DNA from: Pseudomonadota bacterium
Lineage (GTDB): Bacteria; Pseudomonadota; Gammaproteobacteria; SURF-13
DNA length: 64,000 nt
Direction: 5' to 3'
Assembly: GCA_027624315.1 (NCBI GenBank)
Contig: JAQBXX010000003.1
Location: 11,800 to 75,799 of the forward strand
How positions within the stretch are numbered: the stretch's first letter is position 1; the number at the start of each line of letters is the position of its first letter. The position numbers and the translations under genes were made by a program. This document shows positions 29,167-40,017 of this stretch, piece after piece. The notes under the pieces are model-generated. The model did no database searches. It worked only from the letters and a program-made list of their open reading frames with translations, and had not been told where the DNA came from.

Positions 29167-30203
29167 GGTGCGGTGTTCTCCACCAGATGCGATTCGAGCT
29201 GTCGGCCGATGCGCTGTGGCACGTCCTGCGCCACCTCCAGCATGGCCTCGCGGATCGCGTGGCCGAAGGCAAACACATCGGCGCTGCCGTGGCTCTTGAT
29301 GACGCTGCCCTGTAGCCCCAGCAGACTGGCGCCGTTGTAGCGCCGCGGATCCACTTTATTGCGGAACGCCTTCAACACGGGGGCCGCGATCAGCGCGCAG
29401 AGCCGCGTCAACAGGTTACGCTTGAATTCCTGCTTCAGAAAATGCCGCAACATATGCACCACGCCTTCGCTGCACTTCAACGCCACATTGCCGGTGAAGC
29501 CGTCACATACCACCACGTCGGCCTCGCCCGCGTAAATGCCGTCGCCTTCGATGAAGCCGATGTAGTGGATGCTGCTCTCCGCGAGCATCCGCGCCGCTTC
29601 TTTTACGCGCTCGCTGCCCTTGATTTCCTCCGCACCGATGTTGAGCAGGCCCACGCGCGGCCGCACGGTGCCGTCCACCGCATTTGCCAACACCGAACCC
29701 ATGACGGCGAATTGATACAGGTGCTCGGCGCTGCAATCACTGTTGGCGCCGAGATCGAGCATGTAGGTATGACCGGTCATGGTCGGCAGCGCGGTAATAA
29801 TGGCGGGACGGTCGACGCCCGGTAGCATCTTTAATACATAGCGTGCCGTGGCCATCAGTGCACCGGTGTTGCCTGCGCTCACGCAGGCGTGCGCACGCCC
29901 TTCTTTCACCAGGTTGAGGGCGACGCGCATGGAGGAATCTTTTTTGTTGCGCAGCGCCTGTGACGGCAGCTCGTCCATCTCCACCTGTTGCGACGCATGC
30001 TGTATCAGCAGACGCTCGCTGGCGACATATCGGCCTGCCGTCTTGTCAGCTTGCAATGCCGTGCGCAGGATTGCCTCGTCGCCCACCAGAATCAGATGCA
30101 GCGCCTCATGGGTCGCAAGTGAGTTCAGCGCAGCGGGTACGACAACGGAGGGGCCGTGATCGCCACCCATCGCGTCCAGCGCAATCGTCATGGCGCGTAT
30201 CAT
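29163..30203 (-). CDS. plsX: Phosphate acyltransferase PlsX
   Basis: ~345 aa; [12 protein letters not shown]-terminal motif; start may be M at 30203 or 30191. Confidence 0.92.
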   Translation of the reverse strand: MIRAMTIALDAMGGDHGPSVVVPAALNSLATHEALHLILVGDEAILRTALQADKTAGRYVASERLLIQHASQQVEMDELPSQALRNKKDSSMRVALNLVKEGRAHACVSAGNTGALMATARYVLKMLPGVDRPAIITALPTMTGHTYMLDLGANSDCSAEHLYQFAVMGSVLANAVDGTVRPRVGLLNIGAEEIKGSERVKEAARMLAESSIHYIGFIEGDGIYAGEADVVVCDGFTGNVALKCSEGVVHMLRHFLKQEFKRNLLTRLCALIAAPVLKAFRNKVDPRRYNGASLLGLQGSVIKSHGSADVFAFGHAIREAMLEVAQDVPQRIGRQLESHLVENTAP

Positions 30204-30434
30204 CGAGGGAAATCAATTTGATTTCGCACCGCGCGGTATGAAACCGCGCGGGCGACCCAAGGGGAGAGTTGCACTGCTCCCCTTGGGAATCCCCAAGGCT
30301 TTGAGGCCGCAGCAAGCTGCGGGACATGAATTAACAAAACCGGCGTGCAGTTCCACGGAATGCCTCCCGTTGTGTGCGGGCCGTGAGGCGAAGACCCAGG
30401 CAGGATCAGATGAATGGTCCTGGGTTACCGGCGA

Positions 30435-30614
30435 CTACTCGCTTTTGGAGGCGATGACCTTGCGGCCACGATAATAGCCTTCGCGGCTGATGTGGTGCCG
30501 CAGGTGGGTCTCGCCCGTCACGGACTCAACCGACAGGGTGGGCCCGGTAAGCGCATCGTGCGAACGGCGCATGCCGCGCTTGGAAGGGGTTTTACGACTT
30601 TTCTGTACTGCCAT
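30435..30614 (-). CDS. rpmF: 50S ribosomal protein L32
   Basis: Hand translation of minus strand: [59 protein letters not shown]; absent from ORF track (below 60 aa). Confidence 0.92.
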   Translation of the reverse strand: MAVQKSRKTPSKRGMRRSHDALTGPTLSVESVTGETHLRHHISREGYYRGRKVIASKSE

Positions 30615-30675
30615 GAGCGTGCTCCCTGTTGGGTATTACTGATAAGTCAATAAATAAGCCTACACTTTCCGCTAC

Positions 30676-30786
30676 GTCCCCACCCCCTGTGCAGGGGGCG
30701 GGACAGGGTGGGGGTAGGTAAAACAGTGTCTTTACTCAGGAGTCACATCATTCACATTGTCGCCTTACTTTGTGACTCCTGAGTAA
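30676..30786 (-). repeat. Double-hairpin intergenic repeat element, family 1, copy B (inverted relative to copy A)
   Basis: 16-bp perfect stem ttactcaggagtcaca/tgtgactcctgagtaa plus GC-rich hairpin gtccccaccccct...agggggcgggac; reverse complement aligns to 24448-24557. Confidence 0.85.
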
Positions 30787-30798
30787 TCAATAACGGTG

Positions 30799-31302
30799 CT
30801 ACTGCGGCTTCTTCAGCCGCGCGAGTACCGCAAACGGATGCGGGGGCTTGTCTTCCAGCCGGTCTTCCTGCCCCTCCTGCGCCGGACACTGCCCGGCCGG
30901 ATGCATCGGCACAAACGGTACGGCGAGGATCAGTTCGTCTTCGATGATCTCGGCCAGTTCCATCGGCCCGCTCACCATGAGCGGTTCGTAATCCGCCGGT
31001 AACTGTTCGGCGGCCTCATCTGTTGTCACCAGCCCCAGCGCGAATTCCACATCCACCGGCAGCGCCATGGGTTGCAGGCAGCGCTGGCAGATGATCTGGA
31101 GCCGGGTACGCAGATGCCCGCGCAGATAGGCAATGTGAAGTTCGTCCTTGCCAAACCCGAGTTCCACTTCCACCTCGCCCCGCACCTCGTGCAGAGCAGG
31201 CGCAAGACGCTTGAACCCCACCAGCGGCAGACGACCGTGAAGCTGGCGCCCCGCCTCGGCGAGCCGCAGCGGCTCAATAACCACTGGCAGCTGCTCTAAC
31301 AT
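30799..31302 (-). CDS. yceD: YceD/DUF177 family protein (23S rRNA accumulation protein)
   Basis: 167 aa acidic protein with CxxC...CxxC; conserved yceD-rpmF-plsX order. Confidence 0.85.
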   Translation of the reverse strand: MLEQLPVVIEPLRLAEAGRQLHGRLPLVGFKRLAPALHEVRGEVEVELGFGKDELHIAYLRGHLRTRLQIICQRCLQPMALPVDVEFALGLVTTDEAAEQLPADYEPLMVSGPMELAEIIEDELILAVPFVPMHPAGQCPAQEGQEDRLEDKPPHPFAVLARLKKPQ

Positions 31303-31395
31303 AGGCTGCGCATTGTATAATCAACCCCATCATGTGTCAAAACCACACACCCCGCTCCGCAGCCTGATTTTCTCAGCCTCTCCACATCGCCCCTC

Positions 31396-31974
31396 ATGCT
31401 GCCACTCATCCTCGCCTCGACGTCCCCCGCACGCAAGCTACTGCTGGACGGGTTGGGCCTGCCCTACAGCGTGTGCGGGCCGCACATCGACGAATCACGC
31501 CTGGCGGGTGAGCCGGTCACGGCCATGGTGACGCGGCTGGCCGAGGCCAAGGCACGTGCGGTGATGGCGCAGCACCCGGCGGCGCTCATCATCGGTGCCG
31601 ATCAGGTCGCGGCGCTGGGCGATGACATCCTCGGCAAACCCGGCGGTCATGCGCAGGCGGTGCTTCAGTTACAGCGCGTCTCCGGCAGGCACGTGACTTT
31701 TTATACCGGACTCTGCCTGTTGAACAGCGCCAGCGGCGCGACACAGGTCGACATCGTCCCCTGCACCGTGGTGTTTCGCAGCCTCAGCACGGCGCAGATT
31801 GAAAACTATCTCAAGCGCGAACAACCGTATCAATGCGCCTGCAGTTTCCGCTCGGAGGGCCTCGGCGCCGTACTGACCGAGCGTCTGATCGGCGACGACC
31901 CCAGCGCCCTCATCGGCCTGCCGCTGATCCGCCTCACGCGCATGCTGGAGATCGAGGGTGTGTACCTTATTTAA
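31396..31974 (+). CDS. maf: Maf-like nucleotide pyrophosphatase
   Basis: 192 aa; LILASTSPARKLLL N-terminus typical of Maf/YceF. Confidence 0.88.
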   Translation: MLPLILASTSPARKLLLDGLGLPYSVCGPHIDESRLAGEPVTAMVTRLAEAKARAVMAQHPAALIIGADQVAALGDDILGKPGGHAQAVLQLQRVSGRHVTFYTGLCLLNSASGATQVDIVPCTVVFRSLSTAQIENYLKREQPYQCACSFRSEGLGAVLTERLIGDDPSALIGLPLIRLTRMLEIEGVYLI

Positions 31975-32941
31975 GGCCGCCCCATGCCGATGCTGATGAC
32001 AGCACCGCCTTGCCGAGGGCAAGGCCGGTGCGCTCGGCAAAGCGGTCGAAATAATTCGTGCGCGGCGTGAAGTTGACGATGTTCTCAGCGCCGATCACCT
32101 CACGCGCGACGTAACTGCTACTGCCCAGCGCATCGACCAGCCCCATCTCCACACTTTGCTCACCGGTCCACACCAGACCCGAATAGAGCGTGTCGCTTTC
32201 CTTCAGTCGTGTGCCGCGCCCCTTCTTCACCGTGGCGATGAACTGGCGATGAATGTCCTTGAGCATGCCCTCGACATGCGCCACGTCCTCCGTCTTCACT
32301 GGGGAAAAGGGGTCGAGGAAGCCCTTGTGGTCGCCTGCGGCGAGCAGGCGACGTTCGACACCGAGTTTCTCCATCGTGCCGACGAAACCGAAACCGTCCA
32401 TGAGCACACCGATGGAACCGACGATGCTGGCCTTGTCCGCATAAATCTTGTCCGCGGCGGCGGCAACGTAGTAGCCGCCGGAAGCGCAGACGTCGGTAAT
32501 CACCGCGTAGAGCGGAACCTTGGGATATTTGGCGCGCAGGCGCACGATCTCGTCATTGATGTAACCCGCCTGCACCGGACTGCCGCCGGGGCTGTTGATG
32601 CGCAGAATTATACCTGCGGTATTCGTGTCCTTGAACGCCGCGCGCAGACCGGTGATGACGTGATCGGCGCTGGCGTTGCTGTTGTCGGCAATCACGCCCT
32701 CGACCTCGACCAGCGCGGTGTGCTTGCCAAGCGCGATGCTGCCGCTGAATAAATCCTCCGGCAGATAGATCAGCAGCAACGACAAGAGATAGACAAAAAA
32801 CAGCAGTTTGAAAAATATGCCCCAGCGGCGCGTGCGGCGCTGCTCCTGGAGCGTGGCAAACAGAACCTTGTTCAGCGTCTCGCGCTCCCAGGACCTGGGC
32901 TCGCCGTCACCTGCGGAAGGTGTCTTTTGTTCATCCGTCAT
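31967..32941 (-). CDS. sppA: Signal peptide peptidase SppA (S49 family, 36K type)
   Basis: S49 peptidase fold sequence; real start MTDEQKTPS at 32941 (ATGA overlap with upstream HAD gene stop); track ORF longer. Confidence 0.82.
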   Translation of the reverse strand: MTDEQKTPSAGDGEPRSWERETLNKVLFATLQEQRRTRRWGIFFKLLFFVYLLSLLLIYLPEDLFSGSIALGKHTALVEVEGVIADNSNASADHVITGLRAAFKDTNTAGIILRINSPGGSPVQAGYINDEIVRLRAKYPKVPLYAVITDVCASGGYYVAAAADKIYADKASIVGSIGVLMDGFGFVGTMEKLGVERRLLAAGDHKGFLDPFSPVKTEDVAHVEGMLKDIHRQFIATVKKGRGTRLKESDTLYSGLVWTGEQSVEMGLVDALGSSSYVAREVIGAENIVNFTPRTNYFDRFAERTGLALGKAVLSSASAWGGLK

Positions 32942-33648
32942 GATTTTCGCCCTTGTATATAACCAGGTAACACGCCCGTCGTCGCCACAGCCTCCCTCCG
33001 CACCAGCCATGCAGGCAACTCATGGATGGCATCCAGGCAGTCGAGCGCGCCACACTGCAACAACCGCTCGCGTCCATGGACGCCATAGCTCACTCCCAAG
33101 GCGGGCACGCCTGCATTGCGCGCCATGTGCATATCATACTCGGTATCGCCAATCATCAGCGTATCGTCCGGCGTCACGTCAAGCGCATCCATAAGGTCAA
33201 ACAGCATCTGCGGATGCGGCTTGGAAGGCGCTTCATCGACACAGCGCGATGCGTGAAATAATTTTTTCAGCCCGGTTTGCTCCAGCACATGGTCAAGGCC
33301 GTGGCGGCCTTTACCGGTGGCGACGGCGAGCAGGTAACCCGTATCCGAAAGTCCACTCAGTGTTACTTCAGCGCCCGCAAACAATTCCGAGGGTGAGTGT
33401 GAGTCAGAAAGAAAGTGATGGCGGTAGCGTTGAGTGAGTGCCTCGTGCAGTCGGCTGTCGCCCTCTGGAAATAATGTATGCAGGGCCTCGCCCAAGCCAA
33501 GCCCGATGATATTGCGGATCGCATTGTCTTCTTTTGAGGGCAGCCCGTTATCGTGGATTGCATGCCGCATGCAATGCACAATGTGTGCCTCCGAATCCAT
33601 CAGTGTACCGTCCCAGTCGAAGACCAATAATTTGAATCTGGGCTCCAT
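32938..33648 (-). CDS. HAD-IA family hydrolase (phosphoglycolate phosphatase-like)
   Basis: 236 aa; LLVFDWDGTLMDS motif I, HAD motifs II/III. Confidence 0.85.
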   Translation of the reverse strand: MEPRFKLLVFDWDGTLMDSEAHIVHCMRHAIHDNGLPSKEDNAIRNIIGLGLGEALHTLFPEGDSRLHEALTQRYRHHFLSDSHSPSELFAGAEVTLSGLSDTGYLLAVATGKGRHGLDHVLEQTGLKKLFHASRCVDEAPSKPHPQMLFDLMDALDVTPDDTLMIGDTEYDMHMARNAGVPALGVSYGVHGRERLLQCGALDCLDAIHELPAWLVRREAVATTGVLPGYIQGRKS

Positions 33649-34601
33649 CAGGCCAGCTTCTCCAGCACCTGCTGCAGGTCGGCGGGCAGCGGCGCGGTGA
33701 CGTGAATTTTCCGGCTCCCGCCCGGCAGCTTCAAGGCAATCTCGCGCGCATGCAGAAACACGCGCTTCAGACCGATGGCGCGCATCGCGCGGTTAAACCT
33801 GGCGTCACCGTATTTGACGTCACCGGCGAGAGGATGTCCGATATGCGCCGCGTGCACCCGTATCTGATGTGTGCGCCCGCTGTGCAGTGCAATGCGCATC
33901 AGGCTGGTATCAGCGTAAATCCGCTGTGGCTCGAATACGCTCTCGGCCTCCTTGCCCTCTTCCGTGATTTGCACCATGCGCTCACCCGAACGCAGCACGT
34001 TCCTGCGCAGCGCGGCGTTGACCGTGCGCGCTCCTCCGCTCCAGCGTCCCTGCACCAGGGCGAGGTAATACTTTTCCATGGTGCCGGTGCGCAACAGCTC
34101 GTGCAGCGCCAGCAGCGTGGGGCGTGTCTTGGCGATCATGAGGCAGCCTGAGGTATCGCGGTCGAGGCGATGGACGAGTTCCAGAAACGGTGCCGCGGGG
34201 CGCAGCATGCGCAAGGCCTCAATGACCCCGTGCGACACCCCGCTGCCGCTGTGCACGGCAATTCCGGCGGGCTTGTTCAGCACCAGCAGGTTGTCGTCTT
34301 CATGCAGCACGCTGGCGTCTACCAGCGTCAGTATATGCGATGATGGGGGGGGCTTGGGCGCAGCCTCTTCGATGCGCAACGGCGGGATACGCACCCGGTC
34401 ACCCAGTTGCAAGCGGTAGTCGGGCTTGATGCGACCCTTGTTGACCCGCACCTCGCCCTTACGCACGATGCGATAGACCCGGCTCTTGGGGACGGTTTTT
34501 AAATGCGACAGCAGAAAGTTGTCGATACGCTGGCCCGCGTGACCGGCCCCAATTTCAATAAAATTGACCGGTTTATCAATATCTTTGCAACTTTTGCTCA
34601 T
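33648..34601 (-). CDS. rluC: 23S rRNA pseudouridine synthase RluC
   Basis: 317 aa; S4 domain N-terminus then RluA-family catalytic motif (HRLDRDTSG); divergent from rne as in E. coli. Confidence 0.9.
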   Translation of the reverse strand: MSKSCKDIDKPVNFIEIGAGHAGQRIDNFLLSHLKTVPKSRVYRIVRKGEVRVNKGRIKPDYRLQLGDRVRIPPLRIEEAAPKPPPSSHILTLVDASVLHEDDNLLVLNKPAGIAVHSGSGVSHGVIEALRMLRPAAPFLELVHRLDRDTSGCLMIAKTRPTLLALHELLRTGTMEKYYLALVQGRWSGGARTVNAALRRNVLRSGERMVQITEEGKEAESVFEPQRIYADTSLMRIALHSGRTHQIRVHAAHIGHPLAGDVKYGDARFNRAMRAIGLKRVFLHAREIALKLPGGSRKIHVTAPLPADLQQVLEKLA

Positions 34602-34972
34602 TTTTGAGATAATTCAGCTTAATCGGTCTTGTCTGCCGCATGCAGCAATGTAATTTAACTTAATTTGCGGCCATTTGTACCGATGTACAGGAAATTTGCT
34701 GGAACTGATCTACAGATTTACAAGGTTGACCGGTCACAGACCGGTGCAACCACACCTCAGGGCCCTCTTAAAGACAGAAGAAGGGCCGTGATTAACCGAT
34801 AGACAACGCGCCCCCACCTCCGATGCAGGAGATGTCGAGCGGGCCCGTCTGTCAGCCGGATACTGTGCCCATTATGGATGGCGTGCCCCGGCTGGACTGA
34901 CATTGTAGTACAAGGGCCGCACGGCTGCCGCCACAACAGGATGTGGTTGAGCGCTGGCAAAAGGAATACAAC
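34602..34972 (+). promoter_or_regulatory. rne promoter and long 5' leader (by analogy to the ~360-nt autoregulatory rne 5'UTR of E. coli)
   Basis: 371-bp non-coding gap between divergent rluC and rne; length matches known rne leader; structure not verified. Confidence 0.35.
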
Positions 34973-37396
34973 ATGAAAAGAATGTTATTTAACGCAACTC
35001 AGCCGGAGGAGTTGCGTGTAGCTCTGGTCGATGGTCAGCAACTGTACGACCTCGATATCGAGACCGCCGGTCGAGAACAGAAGAAGTCCAACATCTACAA
35101 GGCCAAGGTCACTCGTGTCGAGTCCAGCCTTGAGGCCGCCTTTGTCGATTATGGCGCGGAGCGCCATGGCTTCCTCCCGTTACGGGAAATCGCCCGCTCC
35201 AATTTTCTCCCCTCCTACAATCCTTTCTCCGGGCGCACCAGCATCAGGGATATGCTGCGCGAAGGACAGGAGATCGTGGTACAGATAGAAAAGGAAGAAC
35301 GCGGCACCAAGGGCGCGGCGCTCACTTCTTTCATCAGCCTGGCCGGGCGTTATCTGGTACTTATGCCCAACAACCCGGGCGCAGGCGGCGTGTCGCGGCG
35401 CATCGAAGGCGATGACCGTGCTGAGCTGCGTGATGCGCTCAACGCACTCACACTGCCTGACGATATGGGCCTCATCGTGCGCACCGCAGGCGTGGGCAAG
35501 AGCGTCGAGGAGTTACAGTGGGATCTCGACTATCTCCTCCAACTGTGGAAGGCTATTCAGGAGGCCCCTGCCACCCGCTCCGCGCCGTTCCTGATCTATC
35601 AGGAAAGCAACTTCGTGATTCGCGCGATTCGCGACTATCTGCGCAAGGACACCAGTGAAATCCTGATTGACAGCGAGGCCGTCTACAACGAGGCGCGTGA
35701 GTTCATGCAGCAGGTGATGCCGCATAACCTGTCCAAGGTAAAGCTGTATCAGGATCACGTGCCGCTGTTTTCCCGTTTCCAGATCGAAAGCCAGATCGAA
35801 TCGGCCTACCGGCGCGAGGTGCGTCTGCCTTCGGGCGGCGCTATCGTGATCGACCACACCGAGGCACTGGTGTCCATCGACATCAACTCGGCGCGCGCCA
35901 CCAAGGGCAGCGACATCGAGGAAACCGCGCTCAACACCAATCTCGAAGCGGCGGATGAAATCTCACGCCAGTTGCGGCTGCGCGATCTGGGCGGTCTCAT
36001 CGTGATCGATTTCATCGACATGACACCGCCGCGCAACAAGCGCCTGGTGGAAGACCGCCTGGAAGAAGCGCTCAAGATGGATCGAGCACGCGTTCAGGTC
36101 GGGCGCATCTCGCGCTTCGGTTTGCTTGAGATGTCGCGCCAGCGGTTACGTTCCTCGCTCGGAGAATCCACGCTCATGATGTGCCCGCGTTGCAGCGGAC
36201 AAGGCACCATACGCAGCGTGGAGTCGGCGGCGCTCTCCGTCCTGCGCATCATCGAGGAAGAGGCGCTCAAGGAAAGCACCGCCAAGATCGTCGCGCAATT
36301 GCCGGTCAATATCGCCACCTACCTGCTGAACGAGAAACGTCAGGCGGTAAACTCCATTGAGCAGCGTCACCGCATAGCCGTGTTGCTGATCCCGCACCCA
36401 TCGATGCAGACACCGCAATACGAAATCCAGCGCTTGCGCGCCGAAGATCTCGGTGCCGAGGATACGGTCGCACCGAGCAGCTATCATCTCGCCATATCCA
36501 TCGAAATCCCGAGTGAAAAGATGGGCGCCGTACAACGGCCCACGCCGGAGGAACCCGCCGTCAAGGGTCTGGTTGCGATGCCGCCACCGCCCGCTCCGAT
36601 CCAGGTCCAGGCCCGGGGAGAGGAAGTCCAGCCCGGCCTGTTCGCCCGCCTGTGGAGCAAGCTGTCGGGCAGCGAAGAAACCTCCGTCACCGAAACCGCG
36701 CCCGTACGCCCCAGCGCGCCCGCAGCACGGGGACGTGACAAAGGACGCGAAAGCGGACGCGGACGCGAGCGCCAGAAGGCGCGCCAGGAACAGCACGAGG
36801 CGCGGCGCACGCGCGAAAAAGGTGGCGCAGCAAAACAGCAGCGCCCCGCCACACCACTGCCGCCGCCGGCGCAGGAGAGGGTGGTCGAGCGCAAGGAAGC
36901 AGCTGTGGAAGCTCCTGCCGCACGCGCCGCCGCTGTGCCAGCTATCGAAGACGCACGTGAGGGTGTGAGTGCAACCGAACGTCCGCGCAGTGGGCGCCGC
37001 GGACGCCGCGGTGGACGGCGCCGCCGCCAGGAAGGCGGGCAGGCCCCTGCCGCCACCGTCGAGGGAGCGCCAGAGACCGACCAAGTAGCCACCCCGGCCT
37101 TCACGGCGGCCCCGCCCATGACTGCGGAGAGACAACAGGCTGTAGCGAGCCCCGTGGCGGTTGTGCCGGCGGCTGAACCCAGGTCACCTATCACAGCGCC
37201 GATCACAGCGCCTGTCACAGCGCCGATCACTGCCCCGCTGCCGGCGCGCGAGCCGACACAGGCCCCATTCCCGCCTTTGGCGGCGCCTGTGGTGGAGCAC
37301 GTGCGCCCGGTGTTTCCGCTGCCGGACCTCCAACCCCGCACTCCCGTCGAGCCACGGGAAAGCGTCTCCGTCACACCGGAAAGAAAATCGGAGTAA
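34973..37396 (+). CDS. rne: Ribonuclease E
   Basis: [22 protein letters not shown] start (GGAA SD); S1 + catalytic domain; Arg/Pro-rich C-terminal scaffold with [17 protein letters not shown] repeats. Confidence 0.95.
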   Translation: MKRMLFNATQPEELRVALVDGQQLYDLDIETAGREQKKSNIYKAKVTRVESSLEAAFVDYGAERHGFLPLREIARSNFLPSYNPFSGRTSIRDMLREGQEIVVQIEKEERGTKGAALTSFISLAGRYLVLMPNNPGAGGVSRRIEGDDRAELRDALNALTLPDDMGLIVRTAGVGKSVEELQWDLDYLLQLWKAIQEAPATRSAPFLIYQESNFVIRAIRDYLRKDTSEILIDSEAVYNEAREFMQQVMPHNLSKVKLYQDHVPLFSRFQIESQIESAYRREVRLPSGGAIVIDHTEALVSIDINSARATKGSDIEETALNTNLEAADEISRQLRLRDLGGLIVIDFIDMTPPRNKRLVEDRLEEALKMDRARVQVGRISRFGLLEMSRQRLRSSLGESTLMMCPRCSGQGTIRSVESAALSVLRIIEEEALKESTAKIVAQLPVNIATYLLNEKRQAVNSIEQRHRIAVLLIPHPSMQTPQYEIQRLRAEDLGAEDTVAPSSYHLAISIEIPSEKMGAVQRPTPEEPAVKGLVAMPPPPAPIQVQARGEEVQPGLFARLWSKLSGSEETSVTETAPVRPSAPAARGRDKGRESGRGRERQKARQEQHEARRTREKGGAAKQQRPATPLPPPAQERVVERKEAAVEAPAARAAAVPAIEDAREGVSATERPRSGRRGRRGGRRRRQEGGQAPAATVEGAPETDQVATPAFTAAPPMTAERQQAVASPVAVVPAAEPRSPITAPITAPVTAPITAPLPAREPTQAPFPPLAAPVVEHVRPVFPLPDLQPRTPVEPRESVSVTPERKSE

Positions 37397-37404
37397 TTGC
37401 GCCC

Positions 37405-38262
37405 TCAGCAACCGAAGCGGCGGAGCAGGCTGTCCACCGAGGCAACGTATCCGCCGCCGAACAGGCGCACATGGACGAGCAGCGGATAGAGGTTGTAGAT
37501 ATCACGCCGCACCTCCATGAAACCTGGGGCGATGGGACGCAGCTCTTCGTAACGGCGGAAAAAATCTTCATCAAAGGTGCCGAAGAGCGTGGTAAAGGCC
37601 AGCTCGATCTCGGCGTGGGCATAATAGATGGCGGGATCGATAAACCCCGTGATGCGCCCGCTGCGCGCAAGCACGTTGGTGGTCCACACGTCACCGTGAA
37701 TCAGCGAGGGTCGCGCAGGCTCCTCCAGCCACTCATCGAGACGTGCCGCAAATCTTTCCAGCCGGCCCAGCAACGTGTGTGGCATGCGCCCCGCCTCCAC
37801 CGCTACACCGCCCATATACATCAGGCGTTGATCGCGGAAGAATTCAATCCACGACGCGGCCCATGGGTTGGGTTGATGCAGCCCGCCGATCAGCGTGTCC
37901 TCCTCGAAGCCGAAACCGCGCGGCGCGCTTATGTCATGCAATTCCGCGAGCAGCTCTGCGGCATGGCGCTGCGCGGCTCCCGAAAAGTGACTTTCGCCAT
38001 CGAGATACTCCATCAGCAGCAGCGATGCGGAACTGTGCAGCACTGCGGGCACCGGCAGGCGCGAGTGCTCCGCAAGATAACTCAGCATACGGCCCTCGCA
38101 GGCAAGCCGTGGCTGGGCCGAGCGATCCACCTTGGCGACCAGTGATCCATGGTCCGCGAGTGTTACGCGGTAGACCTCGCCCACGCAGCCGCCGGAAAGC
38201 GGCTCGATGGACAGCGGCATGGCACCGATGACGGCGGCAATCTGGTCGTGCAACGACGGCAT
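37405..38262 (-). CDS. Fructosamine/ketosamine-3-kinase family protein
   Basis: 285 aa; kinase-like fold motifs (LIHGDVWTTNVL, D...GF.DPA). Confidence 0.8.
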   Translation of the reverse strand: MPSLHDQIAAVIGAMPLSIEPLSGGCVGEVYRVTLADHGSLVAKVDRSAQPRLACEGRMLSYLAEHSRLPVPAVLHSSASLLLMEYLDGESHFSGAAQRHAAELLAELHDISAPRGFGFEEDTLIGGLHQPNPWAASWIEFFRDQRLMYMGGVAVEAGRMPHTLLGRLERFAARLDEWLEEPARPSLIHGDVWTTNVLARSGRITGFIDPAIYYAHAEIELAFTTLFGTFDEDFFRRYEELRPIAPGFMEVRRDIYNLYPLLVHVRLFGGGYVASVDSLLRRFGC

Positions 38263-38753
38263 CAGACGTCGAGATGACGCTGGCGTATATCCGCGAGCAG
38301 CCCGCGCGCGGCCTCTTCTACGAGGTCGATCACGCGCTCGAAACCGCTGGCGCCACCGTAGTAAGGGTCCGGTACCTCGCGTTCGTTGAGATGCGGCGCG
38401 AACTCAAGAAGCAGTTTCAATTTGTGCTTGTGTGTGACGCTACTCAGGCATTCAAGCGAGCGGTAATTTTCATCGTCCATGGCGAGCACATAATCAAAAT
38501 GCTCGAAATCCGACGCTTGCGCACGCCGGGCGCGCTGCTGGCCGATATCAAACCCACGCCGTAACGCACTCTGCCGGGCACGTTCATCGGGCGGTTCGCC
38601 GACGTGGTAGCTGTGAGTGCCTGCGGAATCCACCTCAATGCGAGCGCCAAGACCCGCCTGCTCTACCCACTGCTCAAAAAAACCGTGCGCCAGCGGGGAA
38701 CGGCAGATGTTGCCCATGCACACGAACAATACCCTCACTTTGTTGCGTTCCAT
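38262..38753 (-). CDS. Low-molecular-weight protein-tyrosine phosphatase
   Basis: 163 aa; VLFVCMGNICRSP P-loop, DP motif. Confidence 0.9.
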   Translation of the reverse strand: MERNKVRVLFVCMGNICRSPLAHGFFEQWVEQAGLGARIEVDSAGTHSYHVGEPPDERARQSALRRGFDIGQQRARRAQASDFEHFDYVLAMDDENYRSLECLSSVTHKHKLKLLLEFAPHLNEREVPDPYYGGASGFERVIDLVEEAARGLLADIRQRHLDV

Positions 38754-38821
38754 TCACGACATCCTCATATCTTGCACCAGGAAGATGGACTTACACGGCG
38801 CTACCCCGTTATTGTATAAGC

Positions 38822-39088
38822 ATGCACCGCTACACCGTAAGCCTTGAACAACTGCGCGCATTTATCGGGCGCCGCGTGCGCCATCATGACATTGAATGCC
38901 AGATCATCGAGATACTGGAGGATGGGCCCGCCTTGGTGTTGCAGGACTGCGAGCAGCACACCGTGATTCAGGCCGACCAGCATGGCGAGGCGCATCGCCG
39001 CGTCGCGCCTACCTTTATTGTTCCTGTTGCTGGCGATGAGGCTGGCGAATTGAATCCAGCCTTTGTGAACTTGAATCTGCTAACGTGA
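38822..39088 (+). CDS. Hypothetical protein (88 aa), unrecognised
   Basis: Only ORF in the 325-bp gap between the PTP gene and kdsB; TTACAC-17-TATAAG-like promoter immediately upstream; no recognisable domain. Confidence 0.3.
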   Translation: MHRYTVSLEQLRAFIGRRVRHHDIECQIIEILEDGPALVLQDCEQHTVIQADQHGEAHRRVAPTFIVPVAGDEAGELNPAFVNLNLLT

Positions 39089-39841
39089 AGTGAGCAGGCG
39101 CTCCACACGCGCCAGATCATGTTCGGTATCCACTCCCGGCCCCGGCGTTTCCAGCGCCACATCGATATGGATGCGGTGGCCGTGCCACAGCACGCGCAGT
39201 TGCTCCAGTGCCTCGGTTTGCTCCAGCACGCTCGCAGGCCAACCAATATATTGCTTGAGAAAACCTGCGCGGTAAGCATAGAGGCCAATGTGACGGAAGT
39301 GTTGCGTATCATCAGGCAGATGCTGACGGCCCGCAGCGAAGGCCTGCCGGTGCCAGGGAATGGGCGCGCGGCTGAAATAGAGCGCATAACCCTCGCTGTC
39401 CACCACCACCTTGCACACATTGGGATCGAACAAATCGTCGGCCTCGGTGATGAGTTCGCACAGCGTTGCAACGGAGGCCTGCGGGTGTGCGGCAAGATTG
39501 CGCGCCGCCTGCGCGATGATAGCGGGCGGAATGAGCGGCTCGTCGCCCTGCACGTTGACCACGATCTCGGCGTCATCCATGTTCAGCTTTGCCGCGGCCT
39601 CGGCGAGACGTTCGGTGCCGGAGAGATGGCCGGACGACGTCATGCAGACTTCGGCACCGAAGGCGCGCGCCGCCAGCGCAATCCGTTCGTCGTCGGTGGC
39701 GATCACCACGCGGCTGGCGCCGCTCTCCTGCGCGCGCCGGTGTACATGCTCCAGCATCGGCTTGCCCGCGAGAGTACGCAGCACCTTGCCCGGCAGTCGG
39801 GTTGAATCATGGCGCGCCGGAATGATCACATCGAATTTCAC
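39080..39841 (-). CDS. kdsB: 3-deoxy-manno-octulosonate cytidylyltransferase (CMP-KDO synthetase)
   Basis: 253 aa; N-terminal IIPAR..S.RLP.K motif; lpxK-ycaR-kdsB synteny. Confidence 0.92.
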   Translation of the reverse strand: MKFDVIIPARHDSTRLPGKVLRTLAGKPMLEHVHRRAQESGASRVVIATDDERIALAARAFGAEVCMTSSGHLSGTERLAEAAAKLNMDDAEIVVNVQGDEPLIPPAIIAQAARNLAAHPQASVATLCELITEADDLFDPNVCKVVVDSEGYALYFSRAPIPWHRQAFAAGRQHLPDDTQHFRHIGLYAYRAGFLKQYIGWPASVLEQTEALEQLRVLWHGHRIHIDVALETPGPGVDTEHDLARVERLLTSR

Positions 39842-40017
39842 GCCAGCTCTTCGCTCTGCAGGCGCCGCGCCTCCTGCTCCAGCATCACCGGTATGTCATC
39901 ACGGATCGGGTACGCCAGCCGGTCCCACTTGCAGATGAGTTCTGCGGCGGATTTGTCATGCACCAGCGGCCCCTTGCACACAGGGCACACCAGGATATCA
40001 AGCAGTTTTGGGTCCAT
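39838..40017 (-). CDS. ycaR: Trm112/YcaR-family small zinc-ribbon protein (UPF0434)
   Basis: [18 protein letters not shown]... conserved YcaR start at 40017; track ORF extended to 40056. Confidence 0.8.
   Translation of the reverse strand: MDPKLLDILVCPVCKGPLVHDKSAAELICKWDRLAYPIRDDIPVMLEQEARRLQSEELA

Noticed and set aside
36146-37374. 329-aa and 296-aa minus-strand ORFs (Ala/Gly/Arg-rich)
   Set aside because: Antisense to the repetitive C-terminal region of rne; no independent support.
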